Shown in pieces: positions 11,218 to 24,030 of a stretch of 64,000 nt of DNA. The notes beneath the pieces were generated by a model. It saw nothing but the letters and a program-made list of their open reading frames with translations, ran no database searches and had not been told where the DNA came from. The position numbers and the translations under genes are program-made. Each line of letters starts with the position of its first letter. The stretch's first letter is position 1. Origin of the DNA: Carcharhinus amblyrhynchos (Eukaryota); NCBI GenBank assembly GCA_965287045.1, contig OZ336879.1, forward strand, positions 72,974,001 to 73,038,000, written 5' to 3'.

Positions 11218-11515
11218 GGGCGGTATGGTGGCACAATATTTAACACTGCTGCCTCACAGTGCCAGAGACCTGGGTTCAATTCCAGCCTCCTGTGACTGTG
11301 TGGAGTTTGCACAATCTCCCCGTGCCTGCGTGTGTTTCCTCCCACCCTCCAAAGATGTGCAGGTTAGGTTGATTGGCTATGCTAAATTGCCCCTTAGTGT
11401 CAATAGGATTAGGAGGGTAAATATATGTTGAGTTATGGGGATAAGACAGGACCTGGATGGGATTGTTGTGAGTGCAGGTTTGATGGGCCAAACGGCCTTC
11501 TTTTGCACTGTAGGT
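11218..11515 (+). mobile_element. HE1-type V-SINE
   Basis: GGGCGGTATGGTGGCACA head, GGTTCAATTCC B box, V-domain, CR1-type tail. Confidence 0.9.
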
Positions 11516-13774
11516 TGTATAAAGCAGTGGAAGGGTTCTGTGTACCTGAAAGCTGGTTGTACCAACATAAATACATGTGTAGAACCATGGATGTAGTTAA
11601 GCCACTTGGGCATGTGACTTTGCCTCTCTGCTTCACGAGGCTCCCAAGCAGAACAGTAATCATTGTGGAGTTAGAATTTGAAGAATCACATGTGCCAAAG
11701 TGTCAGAAAGTTAATACTCATCATGCAGTAACAGTTCCTAAATTGTGAAGCTCTAAGAAGTGTGGCATAGCTCCCAGTTTTATGCTGTATCTAGGAGGTA
11801 GACATTGCTGAGTAATGGGTGTGCAGCAGAGACCAATAACAACCGGAAATGTGTACAAGACTTCAGTATGGACGAGCAGTAAATGGGAGACAACAGCTTT
11901 AAGATAAGGTAAATGCATAGGGTTAGGGCCTAGGTAGGATTATGGTTGGTGCAGACTCGATAGGCTGAATGGCCTCCTTCTGCACTGCAGGGTTTCTATG
12001 ATTCTATGATTTACAACATACCCAAGGGGTCAACATGTTCCCATGGGGTAGAAATTGGTCCCTGAGACAGCTGTATTCTAGACAAAACAGGCACTAAAAT
12101 GAGTAACTTTGAGATGCCTTGTATCCCAGATTCACTAAGAGCTGGGCTGGAGTATTTTTCAGGCCTCCAAGGTGGCCACATGTACAATGCAGATGGTACT
12201 CAGAGGTGTGATGCTTGTGTATAGACTCAAGCAGTAATGGGGCTGGAGGTTTGGCGATATGGATGCAGCCTAACCAACAGCGTCTGCTGAAACAAAGGGA
12301 AATGAATACATTTTTTAATAAGATTAAAAGGAGAAAGAATGAGCTAGGCTGAAGGAAAGATTATCAAATTTTAGCCAAGATAGTACATAATATGTTTGAT
12401 TAAGTTCAATAAATACTTAAAGCAAAGAAATGCTTAAAGGATGTTCAATCCAGTTGACATGTCACCCAACAATAGAAGCTTAGTCAAGGAATGCATTTTG
12501 CAGTAGCGTTCAGTACATTAGATGACTTGCATGCCTGGTGGAATAATCTCATTATTCCTCAGTTGGAAAATTTTTTAAATCAGGTCATTCTATTTAAAAA
12601 TTAAGCAGATTAAGGTTTAAATCATTTAGCAAGAGTGGAAAGGGAAATTTCTGGTGCAAGTCAACAATTTATTCTGTTTCATTCAACTTGCCACTAAGAG
12701 GAACTCAGTGCACCTACAAAGTGGTAAGTTAAAATAAATTGATTTTCGTGCTAGCTAATGATTGTGACTACAAACTATCATAGCTTTGCAAATATTAACT
12801 GATTATATTGTGGATGCTATAAGCACATTTCATGTAACTGTCTCCAAATCCTTCCTGATGGTAAATACAGTTGAGATCACGTTACATGGGTGCACACCGT
12901 GCCCACTGGAGATACAAAATAGAAGTTAAGATCAATTGGTGCAAATCAGTTGCAATTTTAAATTCTGACTACTGGGTTGATTTTTGCATTTCTGCTGTGT
13001 GATTCCATACACCATCCACTTTTCCTCCACCACCGCCAACCGCACCCCCCCCCCACCCCCCATCAACTTGGAAGAGATCTTCTGATGCCTCCTCTCAAGT
13101 TGACTAGCCCGTATTTTTCAAGCTTCTCTTCGTAGTCTGGCACTCGGGCTGGGATTTTCCTAACCCTACATTAGTATCACACGTGGGCCCTGAACCCATG
13201 TGGCCAGTCACTGCCACCATGTGTGGCGGTTTGTGATGATTCTCCGTTTAAGGGCAACACAGCAGAATAGGGACCCAGCTGTTCTTTTTGTTTTGAACGT
13301 TCAAGACTCTTTGCCTGAGGGAAGTTCATTTCACTGATTTCTGGAGAATTTTTTCTGCTTCGGGCCATTTGGAGAGCCTGTTTTTATTTTCACTGCATTT
13401 TTGAAGGTGCTTTTTTCTTTCAATTTTGCTGGAAGATCCAGCATCTGTGTGTGAGGTCCAAGGGACCATTTAAAAAATGTTTAAACTTCTTTTTAAAACA
13501 GGTTGAGAACCTCTCTTCTTTTTGAAACTTCAGAACTTCACTGCTGGGAGCCCATCAGTGCAGGGACCGTTACCATGGAATCCAGTAGGTTCTGCTCTGA
13601 TCTGGGGACTGTCAGCTTCAGTCTCTTCACTTACCCATGCCTTTGGGACAGCTCCTTGGGGCATTGTTCCCTAATACACGGCTCTCTGTGCGTCCTTTCT
13701 CTTCACAATACTCTGCTGCAACTCATTGTTTCCCCTTAGTCAAAGTTGTAGCGTTTGCTCCTGAGGGTTATTTT

Positions 13775-13970
13775 AGAAACATTGAAACTACGAGCAGCCC
13801 TTCGAGCCTGCTCCACCATTCATTTTGATTATGGCTGATCACCAAATTCAAATCCTGATCACCCCTCTCCCCATATCCCTTGATCCTCTGAGCCTCAAGA
13901 GCCATATCTAATTTCTTCTTGAAATCACACAACATTTTGGCCTCAACTAAATTCTGTGGTAGTGAATTCC
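13775..13970 (-). mobile_element. CR1 3' end fragment
   Basis: CAGCCCTTCGAGCCTGCTCCACCATTCA...CCCCATATCCCTTGATCC is the reverse complement of a CR1 3'UTR and ORF end. Confidence 0.8.
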
Positions 13971-13979
13971 TGAGCTATG

Positions 13980-14603
13980 GAGTCATAGAGTCATAGAGGT
14001 TTACAGCATGCAAACAGGCCCTTCGGCCCAACTTGTCCATGCCACTCTTTTTTAAACCCCGAAGCTAGTCCCAATTGCCCGCATTTAGCCCATATCCCTC
14101 TAAACCCATCTTATCCATGTAACTGTCTAAATGCTTTTTAAAAAACAAAATTGTACCTGCCTCTACTACTACCTCTGGCAGTTTGTTCCAGACACTCACC
14201 ATCCTCTGTGTGAAAAAATTGCCCCACTTCTGTGTCTCCCCCTTCTCACCTTAAACCTATGCCCTCTAGTTTTAGACTCCCCTACCTTTGGGAAAAGATA
14301 TTGACTATCTAGCTGATCTATGTCTCTCATTATTTTATAGACCTCTATAAGATCAACCCTTAGCCTTCTACGCTCCAAAGAGAAAAGTCCCCGTCTATCC
14401 AGTCTCTCCTTATAACTCAAACCATCAAGTCCCAGTAACATCCTAGTAAATCTCCTCTGCACTCTTTCTAGTTTAATAATATCCTTTCTGTAATAGGGTG
14501 ACCAGAACTGCACACAGTATTCCAAGTGTGGCCTTACCAATGTCTTGTACAACTTCAACAGGATATCCCAACTCCTGCTAACCACTGTGCCACCATGCCG
14601 CCC
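13980..14603 (-). mobile_element. CR1 3' fragment fused to a 27-nt V-SINE head
   Basis: ORF 14196-14651 contains LYKTLVRPHLEYCVQFWSP; tail (CTATGACT)n; the 5' end reads GGGCGGCATGGTGGCACAGTGGTTAGCA. Confidence 0.85.
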
Positions 14604-14684
14604 ATCATTTATCATTTCAATTCTCTTAGTATTTTTGCAGGGATTCTGCACAGATTTTAATACTTATATTTGCACTACCAAAGT

Positions 14685-14800
14685 ACCAGGCAATGGCCAT
14701 CCCCAACATGAGAGAAACTAACCATCTTCCCTTGACTTTCAATGATATTACCATTGTTGAATCCTCCACCATCAACATCTGAGTGGTTCTCATTGTTTAA
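14685..14800 (+). mobile_element. Internal RT fragment of second LINE family
   Basis: Encodes a degenerate K-QAMAI-N-RE-NHLPLTFNDITIVESSTINI segment. Confidence 0.55.
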
Positions 14801-14879
14801 AAATGCAACTGGGCCAGCCATTTGTTACAGACATAGGAGAGGTGCATTTCCCACCAGCTATCAGCCTTTGCCAATATTC

Positions 14880-15197
14880 ATAGAATCTCATGGAATCATA
14901 GAAGCCCTGCAGTATAAAAGGAGGCCATTCAGCCCACTGATAGAGCATCCCATCCTGGCCCTATCCCTGTAACCCTATGTATCTATCCCGCTAATCCCCC
15001 TAACCTACAAATCTTGGGATACCAAGGGGCAAGTTAATAGGGCCGATCCACCTAACCCGCATATCTTTGGACTGTGGGAGGAAACCAGAGCACCCAGAGG
15101 AAATCCATGCAGACACGGGGAGAATGTACAAACTGTACACAGACAATCACCCAAGGCTGGAATTGAACCCAGGTCCCTGGCACTGTGAGGTAGCACT
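14880..15197 (-). mobile_element. HE1-type V-SINE
   Basis: V-domain GGACTGTGGGAGGAAACCAGAGCACCC in reverse orientation, CR1-type tail. Confidence 0.9.
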
Positions 15198-15360
15198 CTT
15201 TGAAGATTTTTAAGGCAGAGCTAGATAGAGATTTGATTAACAAGGGGATGAAAGGTCATCTGGGGTAAGCAGGGATGTGAGATTGAGGTTACAATCAGAT
15301 CAGCCACAATCTTATTGAATAATGGAGCAGGCTCAAGGGGCTGAATACTGTGACTTCTAA
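15198..15360 (+). mobile_element. CR1 3' end fragment
   Basis: TTTAAGGCAGAGCTAGATAGA...ATCAGCCAC...GGAGCAGGCTCAAGGGGCTGAAT. Confidence 0.75.
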
Positions 15361-15629
15361 TTCATGTGTATGTATGCAGTGATGGCTCTCCTTTCCTCAC
15401 TGTTTGACGAGTGAAGACTGGATATTTTTTAAAGCGTTTTAACTCTTGAATGCTCTAACCATCAGGAACCAAGAAAAAACAGGTTTTCTTGCATGGTTTC
15501 AAAGAAAGCGCAATGTTTATTATTCAACACCAAAATTTATATACAACCACACACACTTAGATATTCATATAGAGACACACGCACACACTTTACAAAAAGT
15601 TGGGATTACAAAGGTAGCATGTGTTTAGG

Positions 15630-16001
15630 GTTATAGATTCATAGAGGCTTACAGCATGGTTACAGGCCCTTCAGCCCAACGTATACATTTCGCCCAGTTT
15701 TTACTACTAAACTAGTCCCAATTCCCTGCATTTGGCCCATATCCCTCTATGCCCATCTTATCCATGTAACTGTCTGAATGCTTTTTAAAAGACAAAATTG
15801 TACCTGCCTTTACTACTGCCTCTGGCAGCCCGTTCCAGACACTCACCAACCGCTGTGTGAAAAATTACCCGTCCAGACCCTTTTGTATATCTTTCCTCTC
15901 ACTTTAAACGTATTCCTTCTAGTTTTAGACTCTCCTACCTTTGGTAGATGTTGACTATGTAGCTGATCTATGCCCCTCATTATTTTACAGACTTCTATAA
16001 G
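15630..16001 (-). mobile_element. CR1 3' fragment
   Basis: Homologous to 13980-14350. Confidence 0.85.
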
Positions 16002-16704
16002 AGTTTAAGCCTTGAAATAATGTGGGCCTGTAATCCTTCTTTAAGACCCTGGAGGTTTTTTGGAGGTTTCAGGAAGATGGATTCACTGTTGTTTATTGGT
16101 GGCAAACAGTAGATTTACCTTGTTCTACTCAAATCAGGATGAAAAATCAAAGCCTTGTAGTGAAGCTCTGGTCAGAGTCTGCCGGGAAAGAAGCCAATCA
16201 GAATCTTAGCCTACTGCTGTTTCTCAGTTAGGGTCTTGTTCTTTCATTGCTTGAGATGTGCCAAGGATTTGCCTTTTCAAGTCTCCTGATCAGAAACACA
16301 GTTTCTGTCATGTGACCAGAGTGCGTCTCTCCATTCTCCTCACAAAAACTTTACGATGGTTAGACAGTGTCAAACATTGAAGTCCAGATGTTGCCCATTG
16401 ACATACCATTGTGAAAAAATGGAGCTTTTTACATCCATTCTCTGGATTGCAACTTTTGATTCTGAAGAGTTTGCAAACAGACTATGAAACCAGTTTTTTT
16501 TTAATGAATTAAAGAAGTAGAGGAATTAACCATTGGAATCATTTTAATGACTTTGTCAAGACTTGTCCAGATGTGAAAATGGTGGATCTTGTATATTGAC
16601 AGGTCAGAAAATGGTCATCTGGCCTCTCAACTCCATTTTATTTAAAGGAAAATTACCATTTCAAGATTATATTGCATGAGCATGACTGTATAACTGCTGT
16701 GACA

Positions 16705-17290
16705 ACAAGAGCAGGTCAGGTATGAGTGGGAATTCTGCAGCAAGTATCTGACAACTCACCAAAGCCTGTCCATCTCCAACACACAAGTCAATAATGTAAT
16801 GAAACATTCTCCACTTGCCTAGATAAGTATAGCTCCAGCAGAGCTCAAGGAGGTTAACACTATCCAGGTTGAAGCAGTCCGTATGATTGGTATCTCATCC
16901 ACCATTTTATGTATTCTCTCCCTCCATTACTGGTGGACAGTGGCAGAAATGTGTACAATATACAAGATACACTGCAACAATTCACTGAGCCTCCTTTGAC
17001 AGCAACTTCCAAATCTTCAGCCTCTACACAGGACAAAGGCAACAAATGCAGGGGAACACCACCACCTACAAGTTCACCTCCGAGCCACACATCCATCCTG
17101 ACTTGGAGCTATGTCATCATTCCTTCACAGCCACTTAGTCAATAAACCTGGAACTTCCTCCCAGACAGCACTGTTAGTGAACCTACACCCGATGGAATTT
17201 AGTACATCAAGAAGGCAACTCACCACCATCTTCTCAAGGGCAATGAGAGATGGGCAACAAATGCTGGCCTAGCCAGTGACACTCAAATCG
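16705..17290 (+). mobile_element. 3' end of second CR1/L2-group LINE family (probable partner of SINE family 2)
   Basis: Degenerate ORF end (SLSI..QV.NVM..SPLA...TIQ..AVR.IG); tail GATGGGCAACAAATGCTGGCCTAGCCAGTGAC shared with SINE family 2. Confidence 0.75.
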
Positions 17291-17783
17291 CAGAATTTTT
17301 CTTTAATTTAAATGTAAAAAACTAAGTTGTATGTATTCTTTGACTTAATTAAACTTCATTGACTTACTGGGTTGACCAGCTGTGTAAACAAATACTGTTG
17401 AGTTATTTTCCCAGTAACTAGATTTTCCATTTTAAGGAGTTTGCCCACTGTACTGTTAAGTTTGAAAATTATTATTTTCACAACTTGATATCTGATAACT
17501 GATTTGAAATTGAACCATGCATGCTAGAGTTTATACAATACATATTCACACTAATGTTTAGCTTTTATAGATTTTCACATGAATGCATAATTAAGAGACC
17601 ATACTCCCTACACAAATTGCTAGTTATTACACAACCAAAAATATCCGTCAAATTCAAATGCTTGCAGAAAATATTTCTACACTTTTCATATTAGACATAG
17701 CTAAGAAATGAAGGACTAACCTGGTGAGGCTACAATAAAGAACTTTCTGCCTGTTAGCCTGCAGAAGCAGCATGCTACGACTG

Positions 17784-18072
17784 AGGGGATTGGTGGCATA
17801 GTGGGGTATTGTCATCAGACTAGAATCCAGGGGACCAAGGTTTGAATCTCCCTACGGAAGATGGTGAAATCTGGCGAACATAAAGCCATTGTCGATTGGT
17901 TCACTAATGTGAAGGAAAGGAAATCTTACTTGGTCTGGCCTACATGTGACTCCAGAGCCACAGCAATGTGAGTGACTCTCAAATGCCCTTTGAAATGGAG
18001 GCCAATTAGGGATGGGCAATAAATGCTGCGCCCAGCCTGTGATGTCCACATCCTATAAAATGATGGAAAAAA
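17784..18072 (+). mobile_element. tRNA-headed SINE family 2
   Basis: Same head, body and tail as 3725-4092. Confidence 0.85.
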
Positions 18073-18094
18073 ATCGCCCTGCCACATTCAATCA

Positions 18095-18370
18095 TGAATG
18101 ATGGTGGATAAATGATGGTGGACAATAAATAACCAACTAGAGGAGGAACCTTCAAAAACATCCCCACCCTCAAAGCTGGTGGAGGCCAACACAACACTGT
18201 AGAAGACAAGGTTGAAGAGTTTGCAAACATCTTCAGACAGAGAGATTCCATTTCTGACTCCTCCTGTGGTTTCCCAACATTGCAGAAGCCAGCCTGCAGA
18301 CAATTTGATGCACTCCTTGTGATAGCAAGAAACAACTAAAGCCACTGAATACAGCAAATGCTAGAGGCAG
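18095..18370 (+). mobile_element. Internal fragment of second LINE family
   Basis: Degenerate WTI-QL-GG--NIPTL-GG-QH---DKVE-FANIF segment typical of the region upstream of RT. Confidence 0.55.
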
Positions 18371-18564
18371 AGGTGGACTTGCAATGAAACACAGGGCTCT
18401 GGTCAATGACAGGATTGGGGGGGGTGGATGCTGGCAGATGTCTGTGGTAATTAATTCCATTTTACTGAGTGGCAACATTTAGGATCGAGGCATTGCAGAA
18501 TTAACTGGCCTGCGCAACTGTCGGCAAGCACCTGTGTAGAGTCAGAGAGTGGCATCAGCTTCTT

Positions 18565-18692
18565 GGGGTGGGTTTTTATAGCCTCACTCATCCAGAAACA
18601 TTAAAATCATGCCCAAGGTCAATGGACCTTCCCATTGTCCGCCTCTCCCCCACTCCGATTCCCATGCCAGGTGGGGCAGTAAAATTCTGGCT
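18565..18692. mobile_element. Harbinger-type MITE (degraded)
   Basis: Internal CCCAAGGTCAATGGACCTT shared with 33688-33822; degenerate GGGTGGGTTTT / AAAATTCTGGC ends. Confidence 0.6.
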
Positions 18693-18777
18693 TTAGGTTC
18701 TGATTTCCTGGTAGCTGTACTCTTCAGACCACATGGCTGAATAAAATGAAGTCAGTTGCAGATCCATCTGCAGTACC

Positions 18778-18900
18778 GGTTGTTTGAGGCCTTTTCTTGT
18801 TGGTGAGAGCGTGTGTAGAGCCTGTGAATGTTTGTGGGAACTCGCTGTTGTAATTTGCCTGCAGTGTTCCAAATACAGCAATGAATGTGTTTGTAAAAAC
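18778..18900 (+). repeat. Old dispersed repeat, copy 1 (Deu-domain-like SINE relic)
   Basis: ~55 bp shared with 22138-22196, followed by TGTTTGTGGGAACTCGCTGTTGTAATTTGCCTGC. Confidence 0.55.
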
Positions 18901-19721
18901 AGCTCAGAAGTAAAGCTATTCTTGGGCACAGTGATATATGAGTTGATTGAGGCACACATTTTCCATGGCAGTACAACACTATGAAATTCCAAGTTAGTTT
19001 TCCCGGAAGTAGCTCTCGCCCTCTCTCTCACTCCCAGGCAGTTCCCCCATCCCGCCTTCTCTTTTTCTCGCTCTGTCTTTCTCTGTCTCTCATTATCCAA
19101 TGGTGCCCATTATCTAAACGCCTTTTTAACTCAGTCCATTTTAACTGATTGACTTATGATTGACTTCAGTCTTAATTGGAGTTAAATTCCATCTTCAGAT
19201 TAACTTGGGTGGGAGTTATTGGCAGATCTTCCCCAACAGTTAGGCCGGAGGTGCTACTTGTTTTAATCCAGTTTGGAATTAATTGGTGTTTAATTCGAAG
19301 TGAGTGAGAAATGATTTTGATTCATTTCATGCACTCCATAAATTTGGTGACAAATTTGGAAGCCTGTTTTGGCAGGCCCACTACATGTAAAAGCCCCACA
19401 AAGCTGCTATGTGGTAGACAGCATTGAAACTGATCTGTTTATTTATTGGCTGAAGCCATTTTGACAAATTGTGCCTTCGGTTGTTGACAACAAGTAGCAC
19501 CGCATTGCACACATTTAAATTATTTTAAGTGCACTCCAAAAAGCCTCTTAGAAACAAACATTTTAGTTTCCAAATGGAAAATGAAGGATTCAGTTTTATA
19601 AGTCAGTCCACACTGGGAGCTACCCAGGAATATGTAATACAAACCTCGCTAACTGAGCATTCAGTATTCTCCACTGTGAATTATACAGTGCCCAGCGTGA
19701 AACGGTAGTACGATATATTGC

Positions 19722-20062
19722 AGGGGAGGTGATGGACTAGTGGTATAATCGCTAGACTATTAATCCAGAAGCCAGCTAGTGGTTTGGGGACCTGGGTTCG
19801 AATCCCACCATGGCAGATGTGGAATTTGAATTCAATAGAAAAATCTGGAATTAAGAATCTAGTCATGACCGCAAAACCATTGTTGATTGTTGGAAAAACC
19901 CATCTGGTTCACTTTTGACCTTTGGGGAAGGAAATCTTACCTGGTTTGGCCCTCATGTGACTCCAGAGCCATAGCAAAGTGGTTGACTCTCAACTGCCCT
20001 CTGAACATGGACAATAAATGCTGGCCAGCCAGTGATGACATGTTCCACAAATGAATAAAAAA
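19722..20062 (+). mobile_element. tRNA-headed SINE family 2
   Basis: GGGGAGGTGATGGACTAGTGG...GGTTCGAATCCC...AATAAATGCTGGCCAGCC...GAATAAAAAA. Confidence 0.9.
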
Positions 20063-20354
20063 CATATATTGCAGATCTATCTACTGATTGCAGTGTTGTG
20101 AGCACCAAAGTTTGACACCTTCATCAGTAGACTAACATAGTGCATCCCAATGAAATAGTGCAAATATATGTTTAGCATATTAGAGTGCATATCATTGTGA
20201 GGACATGTGCCCCCTTCAATGTATATTGTTGCTGGTGATCACCACACGGAATGGCACCATTATTTCCACTGATTTGAAATATCCAATCAAACCAAAGCAT
20301 TTTTGCCAGTCCTTGCTTTGCGAATGGCACATCCGGCTATATTTTAGAATGCTA

Positions 20355-21583
20355 AACATAAGAACATAAGAAATAGGAGCAGGAGTAGGCCATCCAGCCC
20401 TTCAAGCCTGCCCCGCCATTCAATAAGATCATGGCTGATCTGTCGTGGCTCAGTTCCACTTTCCCACCCTCTCCCCATAACCCTTAATCCCCTCTCTTAT
20501 CAAGAACCCATCAACCCGCTTCTTAAAAATATTTAGCGAGGCAGCCTCCACCACTTCAACGGGCAGAGAATTCCAGAGATTCACCACCCTTTGAGTGAAG
20601 AAGTTCCTCCTCAACTCCGTTCTAAACCTCCTCCCCTTTATCTTGAGGCTGTGCCCCCTAGTCCTACTGTCTTTTTTGAGCGGGAAGAGTCTCTCCACCT
20701 CTATCCTATCCATCCCATTCATCATCTTATACGTCTCAATGAGATCTCCCCTCATTCTTCTAAACTCTAACGAGTACAAGCCTAGTTTATTCAGCCTCTC
20801 CTCATAGCTCAACCCCCTCAACTCCGGTATCAGCCTAGTAAACCTCCTCTGCACTCCCTCCAAGGCCAAAATATCCTTGCGCAGGTGCGGCGCCCAAAAC
20901 TGCACACAGTACTCCAGCTGCGGCCTCACCAATGCCCTATACAGCTGCAGCAAGACCTCCCTACTTTTATATTCAATCCCCCTCGCTATGAAGGCCAGCA
21001 TCCCATTCGCCTTCCTGACCACCTGCTGCACCTGCAAGCTGGGTTTTTGCGACTCATGCACAAGGACCCTGAGGTCCCTCTGCACCGTTGCCTGCTGCAG
21101 TTTTTCGCCACTTAAGTAATAGTCCTTCCTACCATTCTTCCTACCAAAGTGGACCACCTCACACTTGCCAACATTAAATTCCATTTGCCATTTCCTGGCC
21201 CATTCGCCCAGCCTATCTAGATCCTTCTGCAGACTCTCCACACCCTCCGCACAATTTGCCTTTCCCCCAATCTTGGTGTCATCAGCAAATTTCGACACCC
21301 TACACTCGGTTCCCTCCTCCAGATCATCTATATAAATGGTAAATAGCTGAGGCCCCAGCACCGACCCCTGGGGCACCCCACTAGTCACCAACCGCCAATC
21401 CGAATAGCACCCATTGACCCCCACTCTCTGCCTCCTATTTGACAACCAATCCTCTATCCACGCTAACACCCTACCCCCAACTCCATGTCCCCTGACCTTC
21501 TGCAATAACCTCTTGTGAGGTACCTTGTCAAACGCCTTCTGAAAATCCAGAAAGACCACATCCACCGGCTCTCCTCTATCCAC
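20355..21583 (-). mobile_element. Young 5'-truncated CR1 (377-codon intact RT fragment)
   Basis: DFQKAFDKVPH, GVPQGSVLGP, KFADDTK; (CTTATGTT)n tail; TGCTA on both flanks. Confidence 0.95.
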
Positions 21584-22137
21584 TGCTATAAATAATTACA
21601 GCTATAAAACGATATTACTGCACTAAAACACCAATTTAAAAGGATTAACGTGAATATATATTAATGTGACAATTTATTGTTCCATTGGCCTGTAGGCTTG
21701 TAAACCATGACATCTGATATATGCCAAATCTTACAATGCAGGAGATCATTTGGGCCCATCATGCCTTCATTGTCTCTTTGAGAGATCTAACCAATTAGCT
21801 CCACTCTCCACGCTTTCCCCATAAAGCTGTAAATGTTTCCTAGATTATATTTTTGTGAGCTAATATTGATTGAACAATGAAACATTTATTTCTCTCCCTT
21901 TAGCTCTTCCTCTCTCACTTCTGTCTTCCATTATCCCTCTTTGTCCTCCACTCTGTCCCTCTGTCTTCCAGATTCTTTATTCATTTATTTAAAGATTTAA
22001 TTTAAGATGAAGTGGCACATGGTAATAAAGAGGCTGCTAATTTAAGTGGCCAAAGATGGGTGAAGTATTCGACCCTGTCCCTCTCTTGCTACTTCCAGTT
22101 CTGTGTGTCCGCCTTGCTATGAGCTGTGGGAGGAATT

Positions 22138-22370
22138 GGTTGTTTGACTGGGGCCTTTTCTTGTTGGTGAGCGCAAGTGTAGAGCCTGTGAATGTTCTTT
22201 GTTTTGAGCTATTATCACTGCAGCAATGCTCATCTCTCTGGTATGCTGACCAATGAATACCCCACAGATAATATCACTGAGTCTGATCTGAAAATATAAT
22301 CACGGTTATATCTAGAAGCCTGCTGCGTGCAATTTGCCAGTGAAACTTGCTACATAACAAGGACAATAAT
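22138..22370 (+). repeat. Old dispersed repeat, copy 2 (Deu-domain-like SINE relic)
   Basis: Shares ~55 bp with 18778; downstream CTGGTATGCTGACCAAT...GCCTGCTGCGTGCAATTTG...CTACATAACAA resembles the Deu domain as I recall it. Confidence 0.55.
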
Positions 22371-22446
22371 GTTTTAAATATAACTTATGAGTAATTAAGC
22401 TCTAGTTGCACAACGGTATTAATCTGTGGATGAAAGCCAACACACA

Positions 22447-22551
22447 GGGTGGGATTTTCTTGTCCTGCCCGCTACGTGGACCATGTAAAGATCCTTTGAC
22501 CTTGAGCAAGATTTTCCAGCACTCGGGAGAGCACAGCAGGAAAATCCCACA
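22447..22551. mobile_element. Harbinger-type MITE
   Basis: TIR GGGTGGGATTTTC / GAAAATCCCAC; the interior is the reverse complement of the 33688-33822 interior. Confidence 0.7.
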
Positions 22552-23774
22552 CACAATTTCAATTTGGCTCCATAATTTTGTGGTCCCTGGGGGTGTGAGT
22601 GGGGGAGGGGGGTTGCGGTGGTGTGCAGTCCTTTTGTTATATTCCGACTGTCGCCAGCTGTTCAAATGTTAACAAACTCGGCGCCAAAACAATTCACACG
22701 ACTGGTTAAAGCAGGAAGATTTTATTTAAATACATAACAAACTCCTGAAAAAGCCTGTGAGACGGCAGCAAAAGCTACTGTTCACATTTTGAAAAATCAT
22801 TTTGGAAAAGTACGATTTTTGACTGTTGAACCCAAATAGTTTATTTTCACCAATATAGTTTTAATTTATTTCCCCGGTGACTGGATGGGCAATTGCTGAG
22901 TATCTTCTGGTGGCTGGTGCTATGAGGCAGCACTGCTGACCAGTATACCACCATGCTGCCCAATGATGCTGAGCTCATTAATTATAAGTAAGGCTTTTCC
23001 ATGCATGGTGGAGCAAGCTGGAACATGGACACCTGCCATGATATCTGGGCACCATATTTAAAAGGTGCCTGGTCATCTACTTCTTTATCACAAACACACA
23101 ATGACCCAATGATCCCAGGGAACTTCAGCCCCCGGATTCAGCAATGCTTTTCTCAATGTGCTGCTCAGTGCAGGCGAGGACGTGCCTGCACCCTCAGGCT
23201 GGAAGGTGGAGGCCGAGATGTGTGACCAATCCTACACAGGAGGAAGTGACTAGGATGGTCAATGCCCACGGCCTCCACCAGAGGACTGCCCTCCAACTCC
23301 AGAATGAATGACTGCATCCATACCACCAGGGTATGTGAACCCTCAACTGTTCACACTCACCTCACTGAATGCTGCAGTGGACATGAATAGAAGCGCTACT
23401 CAATGTGATAAAGTGATGCTCTATAGCCACACTTTAGTCCATCAAGTGTGCAAGTGGAGAAGTCATTGTGGCCCTCACTCTTCCACACAGAGAACTCAGT
23501 GGCTCTTTTGATAATGGGGGTGAGGGGTGGGGGAGTAGGAGGGAGGAGGGATTGGGCATTAAGAGCACCAGCAAGCACCACTAACGATATACCTCCAAGA
23601 GACTTATCCTTCCATCTGCATGTTTTCAACACTCCGAAGGGTGCTGCCAAGAACCCACGTGGACAATGTGCAGTGCATCACTCACATACGCTGTGAGACT
23701 GGAAGCATGAGAACCATACAAGAAATCCAATTGCCCAACCTCTCTTTTTGCACAGGAGAGTTAGGACACAACAG

Positions 23775-23833
23775 GACAGACAGAGAGAGAGAGACAGAGA
23801 GAGAGAGACAGAGAGAGAGAGACAGAGAGAGAG
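23775..23833. repeat. (GA)n/(GACA)n microsatellite
   Basis: Directly visible simple repeat. Confidence 0.95.
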
Positions 23834-24030
23834 AAGATATGGGGGTGCAACCTGAATTGAGGAATCTCACAGAGTTCAAGAAGTGGACAGTGGAGCAGTC
23901 AGGAGAGTGACCAGACTGAGCCTGTGCAGGTGGAGGTCGACAGACAGCCTCCAACCAGTAAGGATCCATGCATAATGTAGTCAGACAGAAACCTAAGGGT
24001 CACACGTTCTTCTATGTGGAAGGCAGCTCA

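Noticed and set aside
15400-16704. Possible solo LTR ending in TGTGACA
   Set aside because: No clear matching terminus, TSD, PBS or PPT could be established
21586-21595. MEF2-like site CTATAAATAA in a muscle-gene intron
   Set aside because: A single degenerate 10-mer in AT-rich DNA at a TE junction; expected by chance
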